Positions 14,469 to 28,615 of a DNA stretch of 63,262 bases are shown one piece after another. The stretch comes from Saccostrea cucullata (lineage: Eukaryota): contig NW_026940969.1 of assembly GCF_032062105.1 (NCBI RefSeq), positions 62,001 through 125,262 on the forward strand. Reading direction: 5' to 3'. Numbering within the stretch: position 1 is the stretch's first letter; every line of letters begins with the position of its first letter. The position numbers were made by a program, and so were the translations under genes. Under the pieces are notes generated by a model. The model had not been told where the DNA came from and did not search any database. It saw only the letters and a program-made list of their open reading frames with translations.

Positions 14469-17400
14469 ATGCCGATGTCTGCTATGACGTCAAACGGAAA
14501 GTCGAAGCCGACACCAGAAATCAAACTCGCCGTCCTTGGACGAGCCGGTGTCGGCAAATCGGGTAAGTATGTTCTATTCATTGATTGATTTACAAACATT
14601 GATAATAATATTTACTTGTAAGAAACAACTGGTTAAGAGAACAGAAGTAAAAGTACACTTGAACCAATTAAAAGTGAACAGGTGACGTCATAGACACTTG
14701 ATGGCATGTTTGGAACTTCTTGTCTTCAATTGATATAATTTCACAAGTATACAGGTGCTTTTTCCAAACGATGAAATATTGCTACCTGTACATATTATGT
14801 ATGATGTGGTAATGTGCATACTTAGATATAAGATACCGTTATAACTTAGAACTTGCAATGAAGTAAATACCTCTAACAAAAGAGCGCTTAAAATTCATGT
14901 ATTAAAAATCTTTTGACTGACTTTCAAAAATCCGAATGATTTTCTAAAAAGAAAACCAAATTCCTCTTCCATTGGCTTTATTCTTAAGATCAAGTTTAGA
15001 TTAATAAAAACGGTAGACTCTTCACGCTATTAACTGCTCAAGAGGTTTAAAAGGTTTTTTATTATGAAAAGAAATCATTTTTCAATATTTTATGCAAATA
15101 TGGTTATAAGACACATACGTCAACATTTTGAATACACCTGAAATGTTTATAGTATGGAGTTTGGTTCGATGATTAAATATTATTAAATTTCCACTTACCC
15201 TTTCATATTATATATGTGAAGTTTCTTTGAACTTTGAAAATTTTATATGTTGAGATACAAAGGGCATTAAAAAGCACATTCAAGATTTGCAGAAAATAAA
15301 CAGGCTCTTCTGATCCAAAAGTGTTAGAGAAATAATACTACATTTGAAACTAAACCTTGCATCATGACGAAAGTGTTATTACGTTAATTAAAAAAAAAAG
15401 CTAGGTGATTTCACAGAAAGAAAAATATATCTACATTGAATTCGAATTTTTTTCTTTAATAATGAAAACAAAGAATTCGATGCAATTGAACGAACCTTTA
15501 AGTATTTAAAATATCCTTTCTTGCGATTTCCTATGAAATTTTTGCGAAAAAAACAACGTGATATCCACAAAAAAAAAAATAATGTGGAGTTCAGAAGAAA
15601 GCATTTACTTGAAATTCACTTCAAGTTTTAAGCCTAAAATTCACATTTATTTCACGTGAAACTCTCTCCGTGTGAACCGAATGCAGTAATTTTTCAAGCA
15701 TCTGAGCAAAAGTCTTAGTACTCTTGCAACCTTGTCACGGAGAGTTGCAATCTTGGCACACATGCAAAAGATGCCATGTGGCTGTACCAGGATTAATGGA
15801 TCAATGTTTATAATGTAATAAAAAAAAAAAACGAAAGGCGTAACGATTTTCACCGCAAACCGAATAATCAGTTTCAATTAATGATATATCTACTTATCTT
15901 CTGCTACACGCCCTTTGGTGCGTACAATATGTGAGTACGTGCAATCAAGTACAGGCTGGGTGCAAGATTTAAGGGTCAAAGGTCAAGCCGCCAGAAAAAC
16001 CGAACGCTCGGAGATTTCCTGGCCACTTCAGAATATCTGAAGCGAATTCACTCATATGTTCAAATTGATACAATGAACTTCTCAATCGGAACAATCTGGT
16101 TAATTTTACTCAATGAACGATCTCAGATATGTCTTAAGTTTTTCTTTGAAATAAGATTGGGAAAATAAGCTTAATCGTGTATAGGACATACGCTAGCCTT
16201 TGAAAATATCTTCAGCTAGAAATATCACTGAACATTCAATTAAATGAGATAAATAACCCAAGAGTGGTTAATTTTATCACTTAGAATTCTTGTAAACCAA
16301 TTTTCTCTATTTTGCATCGCTTTGAAAAAGTTCAGAATCAGCCATATATTTGCATTTTATAAAAACGAGCATTTCTTATTTTTTCTCCGTTTGTCGATAC
16401 TTCATCAACACAAAAATGAAGAGTTAAAAATACATTTTTGAACTAGTTCAAACCGTCAAAATAATATCGTCAGTGAACTCTCTGATAGGAAACATGCTCT
16501 CGTTATGATTAGGACGAGAAATGCCTTGTAGCTTTCTGGGAGGTTTTTTACGAGGGAAAGTTATTAGATGGACACATGGCGGGAAAATGATGGTTGTTAC
16601 ATAGAATAGACATGACTTAAATGCTTATCCAGAAATAATTTACACTGCGTCAGTTTCCGTAATGAGGATCTATACCTGTCACATGATGCTTTTTTAGAGG
16701 AAGAACTCTAAACACGTGTACGTTTATAAATTCAGAGTATTAAGAAAATGGTAGTTAACCAATTCGTCATTTTTCTCAAAACGTTTTTATGAATCAGAAT
16801 TTTGACCGACTCAAAGTACGACGTAAAATGCATTCCTCAAAAGTTTTTCAATAGAAACCACTTAACTGAAAATCAGCAAACTAAAGGAAAAGGATTCTTA
16901 CAAAGCAATTAAAAATGACCGATTTCTTGAATCAACTAGAAAACTTCTTAAAAATCGGTCGACAAGAATTTGCTATGGAATAATAAATGATGATATTACA
17001 CGGCAATTGTTCGCAAAAAAGAAAATTTGCTTCAAAACAATTCCGTAATTCACGCAGATGAATCTGTGATTTGATTGCTATTTTATCCTTAGTTTCATTA
17101 TGTCTAGTGAGCTATTTTTTGTAATCTGAGTTGAAATCAAACGGGCTGTGTGCCATATATGCATGTGCACACTATGCATCACCACAAGGTGCGCTGGGTG
17201 TCAAGAGGTACGCGATTCTAAATTGGCGATATAATTTTCTTTATGTGGCAGTCGTGATATCAATAAATGCGACATTAAAATTATAAGGACTGTAAAACAT
17301 TGGGGAATTATTTTACGGAGGGGGGGGGGGGGGGGGCAAGCGATGCATAATTGGTTATAAAATTTTATTGCCTTTGAAAAAAAAACTCTAATAAGTATTC

Positions 17401-20400
17401 TTAAAATAGAGGTCTGTAAAAATGATAGTTTGATAGTTTTCGACGCCGTAAATGATAAATGGCACTGTCTATGTTATGGTCTATATTTAATTTAGAAGAT
17501 GTTAATGATGTCTGGTGTTGATATATAGAGAAATATAAACAAAGATACATAGATCGTACCACATTAATAAGTGCTAATAGGTCATAAAACAGGAAAGGCC
17601 CATTAAATAAATGATACAGAAACAAGAAATGATCGAACATAAATGTTTGATTCTGTACAACATCAGCATCCCTTGATCATTATCTGTCTCATTAGCCCCC
17701 CCCCCCTTCCCCAATTCCTTCTTCAGTACATGTAAATAGCTTTAGTTATTATAAACCGTACATACACCGTACTCGTATATATTGCAGGATTAAGTCCTCT
17801 GACATTTCACAACAGGCCAATTTTCAATGCAAGTTTTGTGTAAATATAGATGTCTTGACCATTTGCTCCTATAGAAATTAAAGAAAAGATGCATTTTCTC
17901 ACTATTTTGCTTATATCTAGAAAACCAAAGTTCACATGTATCAGTTGAGAAAATCTTGACCCTTTACCCACAAAAGATTATGCGTTTTATGTGTCTTCGC
18001 CAGCATCCGAGACGTCCATCTCTTTGGGCGGCTATTAATTATTGTTTTTTATTACGTAGATTCATGTGAAATTGTTTTATTTTGTAATTAATCACTTGTA
18101 ATTTATATGTATTATTTATTTTAGCCTTGGTAGTAAGGTTTTTAACCCGGAGGTTCATATGGGAGTACGACCCCACGTTAGGTGAGTGTGTCGCTTCATC
18201 GCTGTCCAGGGGGTTCTTGACCCCCCCTCATGTATCTATTTAAAAAAATTATAAATGCAATGTATTGAAAAATGGACTAATAAAAATAATGAAAATTGGA
18301 ATTTTTTTAAGGGAAAACAAGACATATATTGAGATAAAATTTGAAACTTTTTTGTGTATCTGCATCATTCAGGAAACCAGGATGTATTTTTATTTACCTC
18401 GAAGAAATATGTTTAAGCCATAAAATCTGAAAATGTCTTGAAGATGTCAGGTGTGAGAGATGTTAAAATAGTCTATGATTAATGAGAAATTAGCCTGCGC
18501 TAGATACATATTACAACATAATCGGAAGCGGAAATGCAGTAAGGCGAGGCACATCCACGCGGAAGATCACTATTAATTTAATATAATTTATAATGAAGTA
18601 TTTAGAGGCAAAGAGATCCAATTTTAATTCAAATGATTTCAATATACCAGTTAGACTAGACCTAGACACAAATTTTATCTTGACATCTCCAAAAATATCA
18701 TTTAATGTATTATACAAGCCATTCGAGCTCAGTTTTGAATTTATCTTTTATTCAATTTTATAGAATGCACCTACAAGCATGTCGCCACGGTAGACGACGA
18801 ACTCGTTAATATGGAGATTCTGGATACAGCAGGACAGGTAAGGGTAAACGTAGTAACCACCGAGCATGTTGTGTAATGACTTGTAAATCTATTTAAAACG
18901 CCCCACGGCCCAGCGTGAGAAAGTCGACTGAAGGCCATTGTATAGAAACTTGTTTTAGGTGCGTCTCTTTTGATATTTTTGTATATTTATATGTTAATGC
19001 AATAAGATGTAAAAAGAAATCAAAATTGAAGGAAAAATTAAAAAGGAGTCAAATTGCTTAACAGAGCTTATCATCCAGTAAGACTGCCTTGTGATAAAGG
19101 ATGTAAGAGCCAAGGTTAATGTTGTTTTAAGAAGTTATTGGGTGATAAATTTTACTTGTTTTTACATATTTTAATTTCCCATAAAATATCATCCGGGCGT
19201 AAAGATTTTATTTTGCGGACCCCTTGACATTTAAACATACCCATAAAAGGGTCTTTTTTCCCTTCTTTTAACGAAGAAGTATATATTTATATGTTCCGTA
19301 TCTCCGAAGCTTAGCACATGTCTAGGGGGATAGAAAATGCATAATAAGTTGAATAAATGTCATAATATTCAATTGCCAATAGAAAAACATGATGTGTTTG
19401 TGAAACACTGATGCCCCCGGCCCGTATGTCTGCTTATGGCGAGGGTTGAATTCTCTCAAATGCATGTCAAACTCTAAAGGTCAAGGTCAAAAGTGTTGGT
19501 ACCAAAAGGAAGGTCTTGTTACAAGGAATACACGTTTGAAATATGAAAGCCTAAGTTCTAACTGTTCGAAAGTTATGACCAAGGTTAACGTTTGTTCAAA
19601 AAATGGGGCAAATTCTTAGGCCAAGGTAAAAAATATTAAAGCTGAAAGGCATCATAATGAATACACATGTGAAGTATGGGAAAACCTAGCTCAAACTGTT
19701 TAAAAGTTATGGCCAAGGTTAAACTGTGGTATTTTTTTTTGTAGTAGGTTAAACTCCAAGGTCAAGAGTTCAAATTTGGTGGTACCCAAAGAAAAGTCTT
19801 GTCACAAGGAATACACCTGTAAAATATGAAAACCATAGCCCCACCCACTCAATAGTCATGGGCTAGCTTAAAGTTGACAACAGACAGAAAAACAGACAGA
19901 CAGGACAAAGACAATTTACCCCCGGGATCTTTCGATCCAGGGACATAACAACGATAAGCTGCGGTTACAAAAATGCGACTAGAAATTTTTGCCCCCGGAT
20001 CCAAAGATCCCGGGGGATATATTGTTTTTTTCATGTCTGTCTGTTGTCAACTTTAACCTGGCCCATAACTATTGCGCTGTAAAGGGTAATTGTCCCCCGC
20101 TTTCGCGAAAGCAAGGGGACATTTAATCTCATTCGTCTGTCTGTCAGTCTGTCCGTCTGTCAGTCCATCACAAAAACTTTAATCTTGCCCATAACTTTTG
20201 ATTCAGTTGGGCTATGGCTTTCATATTTTACATGTTTATTTCTTTTGATAAGATCTTTTTTGGGTACCACCGAATTTGACCGTTTGACCTTGACCTTGGA
20301 GATTGACCCAACCCACTTTTACACAAAAATTCCAAACTTTTACTTTGGCCATATCTTCTCAATGGTAGATAATAGGACTTTCATATTTCACGTATATATT

Positions 20401-21659
20401 CTTTGTGACAAGAACTTTTATTGGATACCAACAACCTTGACCTTTTGACCGTGACCTTGGAGATTTCCGTACTTATGAAAAACTTTAACCTTGACCATAA
20501 CTTTTGAACGGTAACGGCTAGGGCTTTCATTCTTCATATATGTAATTCTTGTGAGAAGACCTTTCATTGAATACCAAGAACTTTGATCCTTTGATTTTGA
20601 CCTTGGAATTTGACCAACATTTCAAAAACTTTGACCTTGGCCACAATTTTTGAACAGTAGATACTAGGACTTTCATATTTCACATATGTATTCCTTGTGG
20701 CAAGACCTTTAATTTGATATCAACAACCTTGACCTTTTGACCTTGGAGATTTTTTGTACTTATGAGAAAATTTTAACCTTGACCATAACCTTTGAATGGT
20801 AAGGGCTAAGGCTTTCATACTTCACATATGTAATCCTTGTGAGAAGACTTCTCATTGGATACCAAGAACTTTAACCCATTGACCTTGACCTTGGAGTTTA
20901 GTGATGATTTCTAAGTAAATGACATGATAGGGTGTTCATATTACACACAATATGTCATATAAAAATGACATCTCACCCACAAAGACACCGAAAGCGGGGG
21001 ACCACAATTCCTTGAATTTGCTTGTTGTATACAACTTGAGTCTACGTCTCACTCCAGAATTGTGTTACCATTGGGGGCATAGAGTTTCACAAACACATCT
21101 TGTTTTCTTGACAGGCATATGTATCGATATGCTTTAGATGTTAACTGGTTTTACAAAGTTGTTAGGCATTGAAACAAACTGAGATCAAATGAATCCATAC
21201 AGGAAATAGGTAGAAAAACTGTAAACTCACTGGTAATATGACAATGTAAGCTCGATTATCATCTCAGAACAAGCTTATGGTTAGCTGCAGAACTGTAGCT
21301 CTGTGCTTGAGAAAGTAAAAAGCTTCAGTTCTGCAGCTAGCTTATGGAAGATGCTGTTTTCTTCAAGTTTTATAACTTATGTCACATGATTCTTATAAAA
21401 TTTTTGTTTCTGATTTTCAAAATCGACAGAATACTTAAAGGCATTTTACTTGACAATTTTCTAAAGAAATGATATTGGTTTCAATGCATGAGAGTTATCT
21501 CTCTTCACTGAGGGTCGATGATCTTTAAGTTCTACAATGTACGAGAACGCAAATTGTATACAGAAAGTAAATTTCCCTATCTATCAATTAATCAAAGGGA
21601 CGAATCGCTAAGTAGAAATAATATTATCTATTTATGCTTTCATTATGAAAACAATTTAT

Positions 21660-21701
<42 letters not shown>

Positions 21702-24700
21702 ACAGTGATAAGACCTTGAAGTCTAATTATTAGGGCCCAAGCAAGAAAATGTTGGAGTTCCATAGGAACAAATTTTGCATCTTTCTCTTCATCCGTCTTT
21801 GTCCTTGAATTCCTCTGTTGTTCCACGATAATTCAAATAATTTTCCCTGAAATGCTTTCATATTTAGATGTTAACTGTTTTACTTTAAGAACAAGTGTGT
21901 TGTTGTGGTGTTTCTTTAAATATTTAATACCACAATATATATAGCTGCAGAATTGTATCTCTCCTAAAAATATATTGACAGATCGGAGAGCTACAGTGCC
22001 ACCCATCGAAAAAAGTGAGTATTGATTGCGCACAAAAAAGTGCCCTGTTTCTCGATTTGACGGTATTTCTCCGTATGTTTCAGATGTCAACTCAAAATAT
22101 TACAAACCGTGTATTCCTAACATATTTCTTCACTACCTCCACAATATTGTGTTTTAACATTCCCAAAAACCGTTATAAATAACCCTCCTGGGCCTGAAAT
22201 TGAGATCATCGGCAATTTCGCCTGTTGATACGACCATTTTGAGTCTCAAGCAAATTCGGTCCAACGCGCTTCGGACGTGACTGGTACATAAAGGTTTTGT
22301 TGTGGAAGTAACAAGAAAATATGTTAGAAACACAAGGTTAGTAGTATATTGATAGAAACGGGGAAATTATTTGATAAACAGCGCACCTTTTGTTGCGCAA
22401 TAAATTCACACTTTTTTCAATGGGTGGTACTGTAGCTCTCCGGTCTGTCAATATAAATTTTAGGAGAGCTACGATTCTGCACTACAATTTGTACTGATAA
22501 TGATATTACAAGAAAAACTCTTTTCTATGTAAAATGAAGTTTCTTTAGAAAGAAAACAGGAGATATAATACATGTACTAGTTTAAATTAATAATAATCAA
22601 AATATTTACAAGTAATTGGAGCATGCTCAATAAACTCTAAATGGCCTAAGATGCACAACCAAACCAACGTTGTCTTTCTTTTAAAAATTGAGATCGCTAA
22701 AGAAATAAATGGAAAAATAGAATAAAGATTCTAATATGTTTCTAATAATCAAATTTTCTCACTGCCAAATGCTTCATCGCTGACATAATTTTGCTGAAAA
22801 AAACCATTGCAAATTGAAGAAATAAGTAAAAAAAAAATATTTAAAACAGACAAAAAATAAATAATACTAATGATGAAGAATTTAAAAGTTGTACATCTGT
22901 TTGCTTATAAAAGTGAAAGACAAAAGATGGGCTGATATGGATAGTCACAAAGTGGCCCAAATCTATAGCACCACAAGACATAATAACTGTCCAAGAATGC
23001 TTCTCACAAAGTTGCCCAAATCTATAGCACCACACGACATAATAACTGTCCAAGAATGCTTCTCACAAAGTTGCCCAAATCTATAGCACAACTCGACATA
23101 ATACTAGTAGCTGTCCAAGAATGCTTCTCACAAAGTGGGCCAAACTTATACCACCACACGACATAATAACTGTCCGAGAATGCTGCTCATAGGAAATCCC
23201 ACTCGCTGTACGTTGGCTCGTGGTATTCTAGCAGTTTCCACTTCCTCTCGTGACTGAATTTCACACGTTCAGACCATTCCAACTGAAAAAAAATTACCAG
23301 TATAAACCATTGTTAGTTTCTATACCATCATATAAAAAGGGAGGTTAAAGGGTGTGTCTTTTTATTTCATACTTTCTTACCCCCTTTTTTACACCAAACA
23401 AATTTTAGGTCCCGCTATTTTTCGACAATTTGAGCCATTCTCGGTAGACATACATTAATAATGTTTATATTCTTTTCATCTTTTGTACATGATTTTGATG
23501 CGAATTGCAATTTCACTGTATTAGTTAAATTCTCTTGTTGATACATGTATATGATTAATGAAGTAAAGGAAATAAAACTAACCAAGTGAGAGGGATATCT
23601 CAGTAGGTCAGCCTCTCTCCGATCAACATCCATTGTCGAGTAATACTGAAAAAAAGAATCAAAATATGTACACTTATGTAAATTGATACAGAGGATTAAT
23701 ACTAGTATAATAAAATAGGGATTTCAGAGTAATTTTCACACTTTTGAAGGTAGGAATGAACAACTCCATTGCAACCTGCTACTCCCATCCCCACCCCACA
23801 CAGAGACACCTAATTCCAAAGACCATATTCTCGAATTTTGCCCATGTAATAAAATGCTTTTAGGGACAGAATGTGGAGTACATGTATATTATCAAATCCT
23901 ATGATTGACAGCTTCTTACCCAATCATCAAGCCTTTCCTTGATTCTCTCAGAAAAAGACTTGGAAATGAACTGTTGCTAAGAAAGAGAAGAATACAGAAT
24001 AGAAAATAGATATAGGCCGTTTGAGAAAAGAAAAGGAGGGAAGATATAGAGAAGATATATAGAAATAGAGAGAAGGATTGACTTACCGATTTGTTAATGT
24101 TGTCTGTGAGCTGGTTCGATTGGTAAGGGCTCTCGTGAATGGTGCACACCATTTGAGAGTCTGTCGTCGTAGCAGTACTACTTCCAGTCGGTGGTACCAT
24201 TGACATGTAGACCTGATTTTGAGAGCCCACAAGGTACATAGAGGTACCGTCTGACACAACATGAAAAGGTTGCTCCTGCGGAGACACCTCTGCTAGATTG
24301 TACGTGTTGCTCAGTCCTTGTAACAATCCAAGAATGTCTGCTTGTGAGAGAACACATGCATCATTGTTGCTTTCATTGATAGCACAATCAACTGATTGAA
24401 AGTCATGTTGCAGCTCTGCTGCAACATTTGTATCGCCTGCAACCTCATTGTTGACGAGAGAGTTTGAAGCACAATCTGTCTGCGAAACTTCACAAGCAGC
24501 TTCAAAGTCACGTATCTCCTTAGAAATCAATGCATATTCCTCAGCAGCTGATAGTTTGCCTGCAGTGTCACTGTTGTGGCTAGAGGTGTCTGATACGCAC
24601 GACTCTGTCCTGGGAACTTTGGAGGAGTCAGAGGACGAACGAGGACCACGTTTCCTCCTGTCTTTCTTTCCTCCTTTGACTTTTCGTCTCTTTGCCTAAA

Positions 24701-27446
24701 ATATCAAGAAATGGATTATTTTTAATTTTCTGAGTGATGATATGTTTTTTAGAATAATAATTGGGTATACTCAGTATGAAAATCCCCTTTTTACTAAGAC
24801 ACTACATTTTTATATACATACATTTCTAGTATACCGGGGCCGATAAATACGGGACTAAAATAAGTGCAACAGAAGGCTATGTTCTAAAAAAGAGACCACA
24901 AATATCAAAAATGTGCCGAATTTTGTATTCCTTGTGAAAAATTTGACCAAAATACTATAGGTATTACGGAAACTCTTCTAACTATTTTTGTTTGATAAGA
25001 ATGTTGGAACTGTTCATTTTCTATTCATCATTTGTTTTGTAACATTGGAACAATTGGGATTTATAATTTTTGACAAAATTGAAACCGAATATTTTTTCCG
25101 AGTTTGAACTCGGATGCGAAGTATTTATAACTAAAAACTTTACCTGCCTTACATATTTTCATTTTCGGGCTATAGTGTAATTTAAATAATTTAAAAAAAA
25201 TCATATGCATACATGTATTCTGGTGTAGGTATTTATACTATCGTTTTCATTTTGAAGTACGTCTTATATAAATGCTTTTTTTCAATTTCCATTTATTTTA
25301 ATTGTAAATTTAGAATCACTGGGATTTATTTACGATGGGCAATTTTGAACCTAAACATTTTTTCGTGTTTTAACTCGGATGCATTGCATTCATAAAAATT
25401 GACTGCCTTGAATATCTCAATTTTTTTGAGATAATGTAATAAAAAGAATATTCATATAGGTAATTTATACCATTATGTTCCCTTCAGTACAGGAATCTTC
25501 AGATGAAAGTCGTCGTTTCATTGTCAATTTTCAGTTTTTTTCGCTGTGAAATTTTTGCACGTCCGTTCGCTACGAATGATGCCGTTACTATGAGCTTGTT
25601 GTCACAACACAACGACTTACCCTGCATCATCACCCTTAGCAACGTCATTGCAAAAAATTTCGTAAAAAAGAACTTTGCAAAAAATTTCTTTTTCTTTTCA
25701 AAGTAAGAAAGAACGTAATCTAATGAAATCTAAGAAAAACAAAAAATTCTCTGACAAATCTTTAATTTTTCATCAAGACGTTAGCTTCGTAGTTTTATCT
25801 AAAGGCTTCTATTCATTTCCTGAAGAACACAATTCGCAGCTCTTTTTCACGTAGATTCATTAAAAATACTTTTAGTTCACTTACCTGACCAGATTTATTA
25901 AAATTCCTTGTGGATCATAATATTCCAACTGTTTATCTTCCGTAAAATGTAAATGCCGCATAACGTAAATTATAACGAATAGAGTCACTTTGACGTCACA
26001 AAGCAAAAGCGCGCCGGAATCTGTTCGACTTTTTGCGTATTTAAAGCGAGTTGAGTTTATACTGTAAAACCAACTTTTATTCATATGCGAGAAATATCCG
26101 CGTGTTACGCGACGTACATTAACTCGCGAATATTAATTGCCGCGAACCACATATTTTGCTTTGTATCTGTACACAGAGAAAGTTTCCCAGTCGCGAAATT
26201 AAATTGTCCCGGATTGATTTCGAAGTGAAACTTACGAATTGCGAATACAAGATGACGCGAATAATAGTTGGTGTACAGTATTTTAATTCTTACATTAAAA
26301 TTTATCTGCTCTTGTTTTTTTTATACTGCTGGGGTTTTCTTTTCAATAATTTTCATCACAAGATAACCTTTTCATTAAAATTCTTTTTAGAAGTTAAATA
26401 CAATATCGCTCAATCAATTCTGCCTTTAAGACATCCTCGTCTTTCCTGCGTGCTAGTACCGTTCTTTTACTTTTTTTTTCATCTTAAAACAACTGAGGGC
26501 ATTTTGTAACCCCTCTGCGTATTTTGAATTTTTCTATACTAATATTCAATTTAATTCTAAATATTTTTGAAAATGATAAATTCAGATGGCTTCAAGATCG
26601 ACTAACTTTAAAAGTGCCGACTAGGACATGCAATATAAAACGTAGAACATTGTGCTTTAATCTGAAAGAGTTTTTTTTTGTACCTCTAATGGAGTAATAT
26701 CGACTTTTTATACAGTTTATAGAGAGGGTTAAATTGTAAGATACATCTGATTCAGTCCATTTGAAAGCCGACCCTTTTATATGTGCCATAAATCAGGGGG
26801 CAAAAAAGATGTATCTCAATAGCATATATAAGTACTAGAAATTGAATTTTGTAACATTTTGTACTTATAATTTTTATGTAGTAAAAGTTTTTAAGGTAAT
26901 TATTTCATTAAAAACGAATATTTTATTGGCAGAAGAATTAAATTTATATATAGTCTATTTCCTTTACTCTGTTTAAAATATAAAACAAAGAAACTTTAAT
27001 ATTCATCTTTTGCATTTCAGGTAGAAGCTTTACAGAGAGAGGGTCACATTCGATGGGCTGATGGGTTTATTCTTGTTTATGCAATAAATGATCGACAGAG
27101 TTTTGAAGAAGTGATGAAAATGAAGGACTTCTTAGACGATATAAAGAAAACAAATGTTCAATGTGTTTTAGTGGGAAATAAAGTGGACTTAATGCGTGAA
27201 CGTGATGTAAGCACAGCGGAAGGGATGAAACTTGCAACAGAAATGGCATGCGCATTCTTTGAGACTTCCGTTTGTGACGGAAATGAAGAAATATATGAAC
27301 TATTTTACGAATTAGCACGTGAAGTGAAAAGACGAAAACTAATAGAAAATAAACCTCGACGACGAAGTTCAGCTCAACAAGTGAAGCAAGTCTTTACGAA
27401 AATGTTTAATACAAACAAGCAGACAAACAGACAGAGTTCTATGTGA
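14469..27446 (+). CDS. RERG: Ras-related and estrogen-regulated growth inhibitor (Ras-family GTPase), 4 coding exons, 216 aa
   Basis: Exons 14469-14562, 18125-18181, 18764-18837 and 27021-27446; all GT-AG and in phase. Translation includes [58 protein letters not shown] and RRRSS, matching RERG. No CAAX box. Confidence 0.95.
19383..19948 (-). mobile_element. HINE-type element with internal short tandem repeats
   Basis: End AACATGATGTGTTTGTGAAACACTGATGCCCCC, CAGA microsatellite, terminal hairpin CCCGGGATCTTTCGATCCAGGG. Confidence 0.75.
19985..21103 (+). mobile_element. HINE-type element containing a second nested HINE (~20089-21026)
   Basis: Starts TTTTTGCCCCCGGATCCAAAGATCCCGGGG and ends GGGGGCATAGAGTTTCACAAACACATCTTGTT. 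The inner element has subTIRs GTCCCCCGCTTT / AAAGCGGGGGAC, a GTCT microsatellite and GACCTT-rich repeats. Confidence 0.75.
21282..21339. mobile_element. 58-bp TAG...CTA mini-MITE (AcademH-like)
   Basis: TIR TAGCTGCAGAACTG / CAGTTCTGCAGCTA; 9-bp TSD GCTTATGGT / GCTTATGGA. Confidence 0.75.
21942..22484. mobile_element. TAG...CTA fold-back MITE (AcademH-like)
   Basis: Imperfect TIRs of more than 100 bp beginning TAGCTGCAGAATTGTATCTCTCC; degenerate 9-bp TSD CAATATATA / CAATTTGTA. Confidence 0.8.
22943..23186. repeat. 59-bp minisatellite, ~4 copies
   Basis: Unit CTGTCCAAGAATGCTTCTCACAAAGTTGCCCAAATCTATAGCACCACACGACATAATAA (starts at 22987 and 23046). Lies immediately 3' of the antisense nested gene. 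Confidence 0.9.
23187..24695 (-). CDS. Orphan nested gene, antisense within RERG intron 3; 5' end unresolved
   Basis: Three phase-0 exons with GT-AG sites: 24695-24087, 23645-23583 and 23282-23187 (stop). 255 open codons: basic NLS-like [16 protein letters not shown], Ser/acidic low-complexity middle, C-terminus [52 protein letters not shown]. Further GTAAGT donors at 25620 and 25884. Confidence 0.7.
26060..26280. mobile_element. Tc1/mariner-like MITE
   Basis: TA-CTGTAAAACCAACT...AGTTGGTGTACAG-TA with internal CGCGA repeats. Confidence 0.75.
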
Positions 27447-28615
27447 TATTATAATATTTATTTCCAATGTGAATACCATATTCCAGTCAGACAAAAAATC
27501 TCAAAAAACCACAAGGTGTGTTTGTTATGAGTCACCCGGATTATTTATGAAAAAACTGCATGTATACTTTATAATCATCTATCGCAAGATTTCTTACAAT
27601 AATATCTGTTGCAATTGCACTTTACATCATCTGGCATTACCAGATGTTACCCAGGTGTCACGTGATGGTGTGTGACGGAGTGTAATTGACGTTCGTCAAC
27701 CAATTTCACGCGTCACTTATATATCCATGACGGTTACGAACTTTACATTGTAAATGAATCTGTTTGTGATAACAAGATAAAAGTACTTTTATATTATGAA
27801 ATTTTTTTGAACTTTTTACACATTGAATGGTCTATTTGGTCATGTTTCCACACAACATATTGACAAATTCTTTTTTCTCTTTTTACTTAGATGGAATTTA
27901 AAATTAAGACATAATTCTTTTATGTTTATTTTTTATCAAATAGCTAAGAAGGAAGTGGCAAAACTGACAACAGTTAAAAAATAATAATGAATGCCACAGC
28001 AGAAGATAATTGATTGCGAAGCAACACATAGCAGCATCTGAAAGAGCTTTCCATCATCTCCAGGAAAAGGCACTATGAATCAATTCAGCGATAGTAGAGG
28101 AGATGTATTTCTTCTTTATCTAAAATAAAAATTAACGCTTATGAAATTACAGGCATTGCCTATCTTAAATTCTTAGTCAATGAAAAATATTCATTAATCT
28201 TTTTTCCTCCTCTTTTTTCCAAGGCTATTATTGTCTTGGGACGAAATTTACATTCTTAGTCAGCTGTTTGACATAGATAATTGTTGTATTTATATGTTTA
28301 GTGGTGTGGCAATGAACTTTGAAGAGTCACTTGACTACTGTATTGTATCTAGACCAGGATGAGAGAAACACACACAAACATTCATTAACTTCCCAAATCA
28401 ACTGCAATAGCATTCTATCAAGGAAGCTAAAAGGTAAAGAATCATCGTTGGCTAAAACAAACAAATCAAAGACGATTTTATTAAAGCATTGAATTCTAAT
28501 TTTTGGTTGCCCTCCTTTGTATGTAATAGCGCAAGTATTCATAGGGGGTAAAATATTGTAGATTTGCTTTCGATTTCAAGGAAAAAATACACTGAATCAA
28601 AATATATGTTTAACT

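Noticed and set aside
21662-21699. Poly-G run and Gly-rich ORF 21518-21733
   Set aside because: Homopolymer; such G/C runs are frequent throughout the window and their lengths are unreliable.
27430-27446. CAAX prenylation signal on the GTPase
   Set aside because: The protein ends QSSM with no cysteine; absence of CAAX is normal for RERG.
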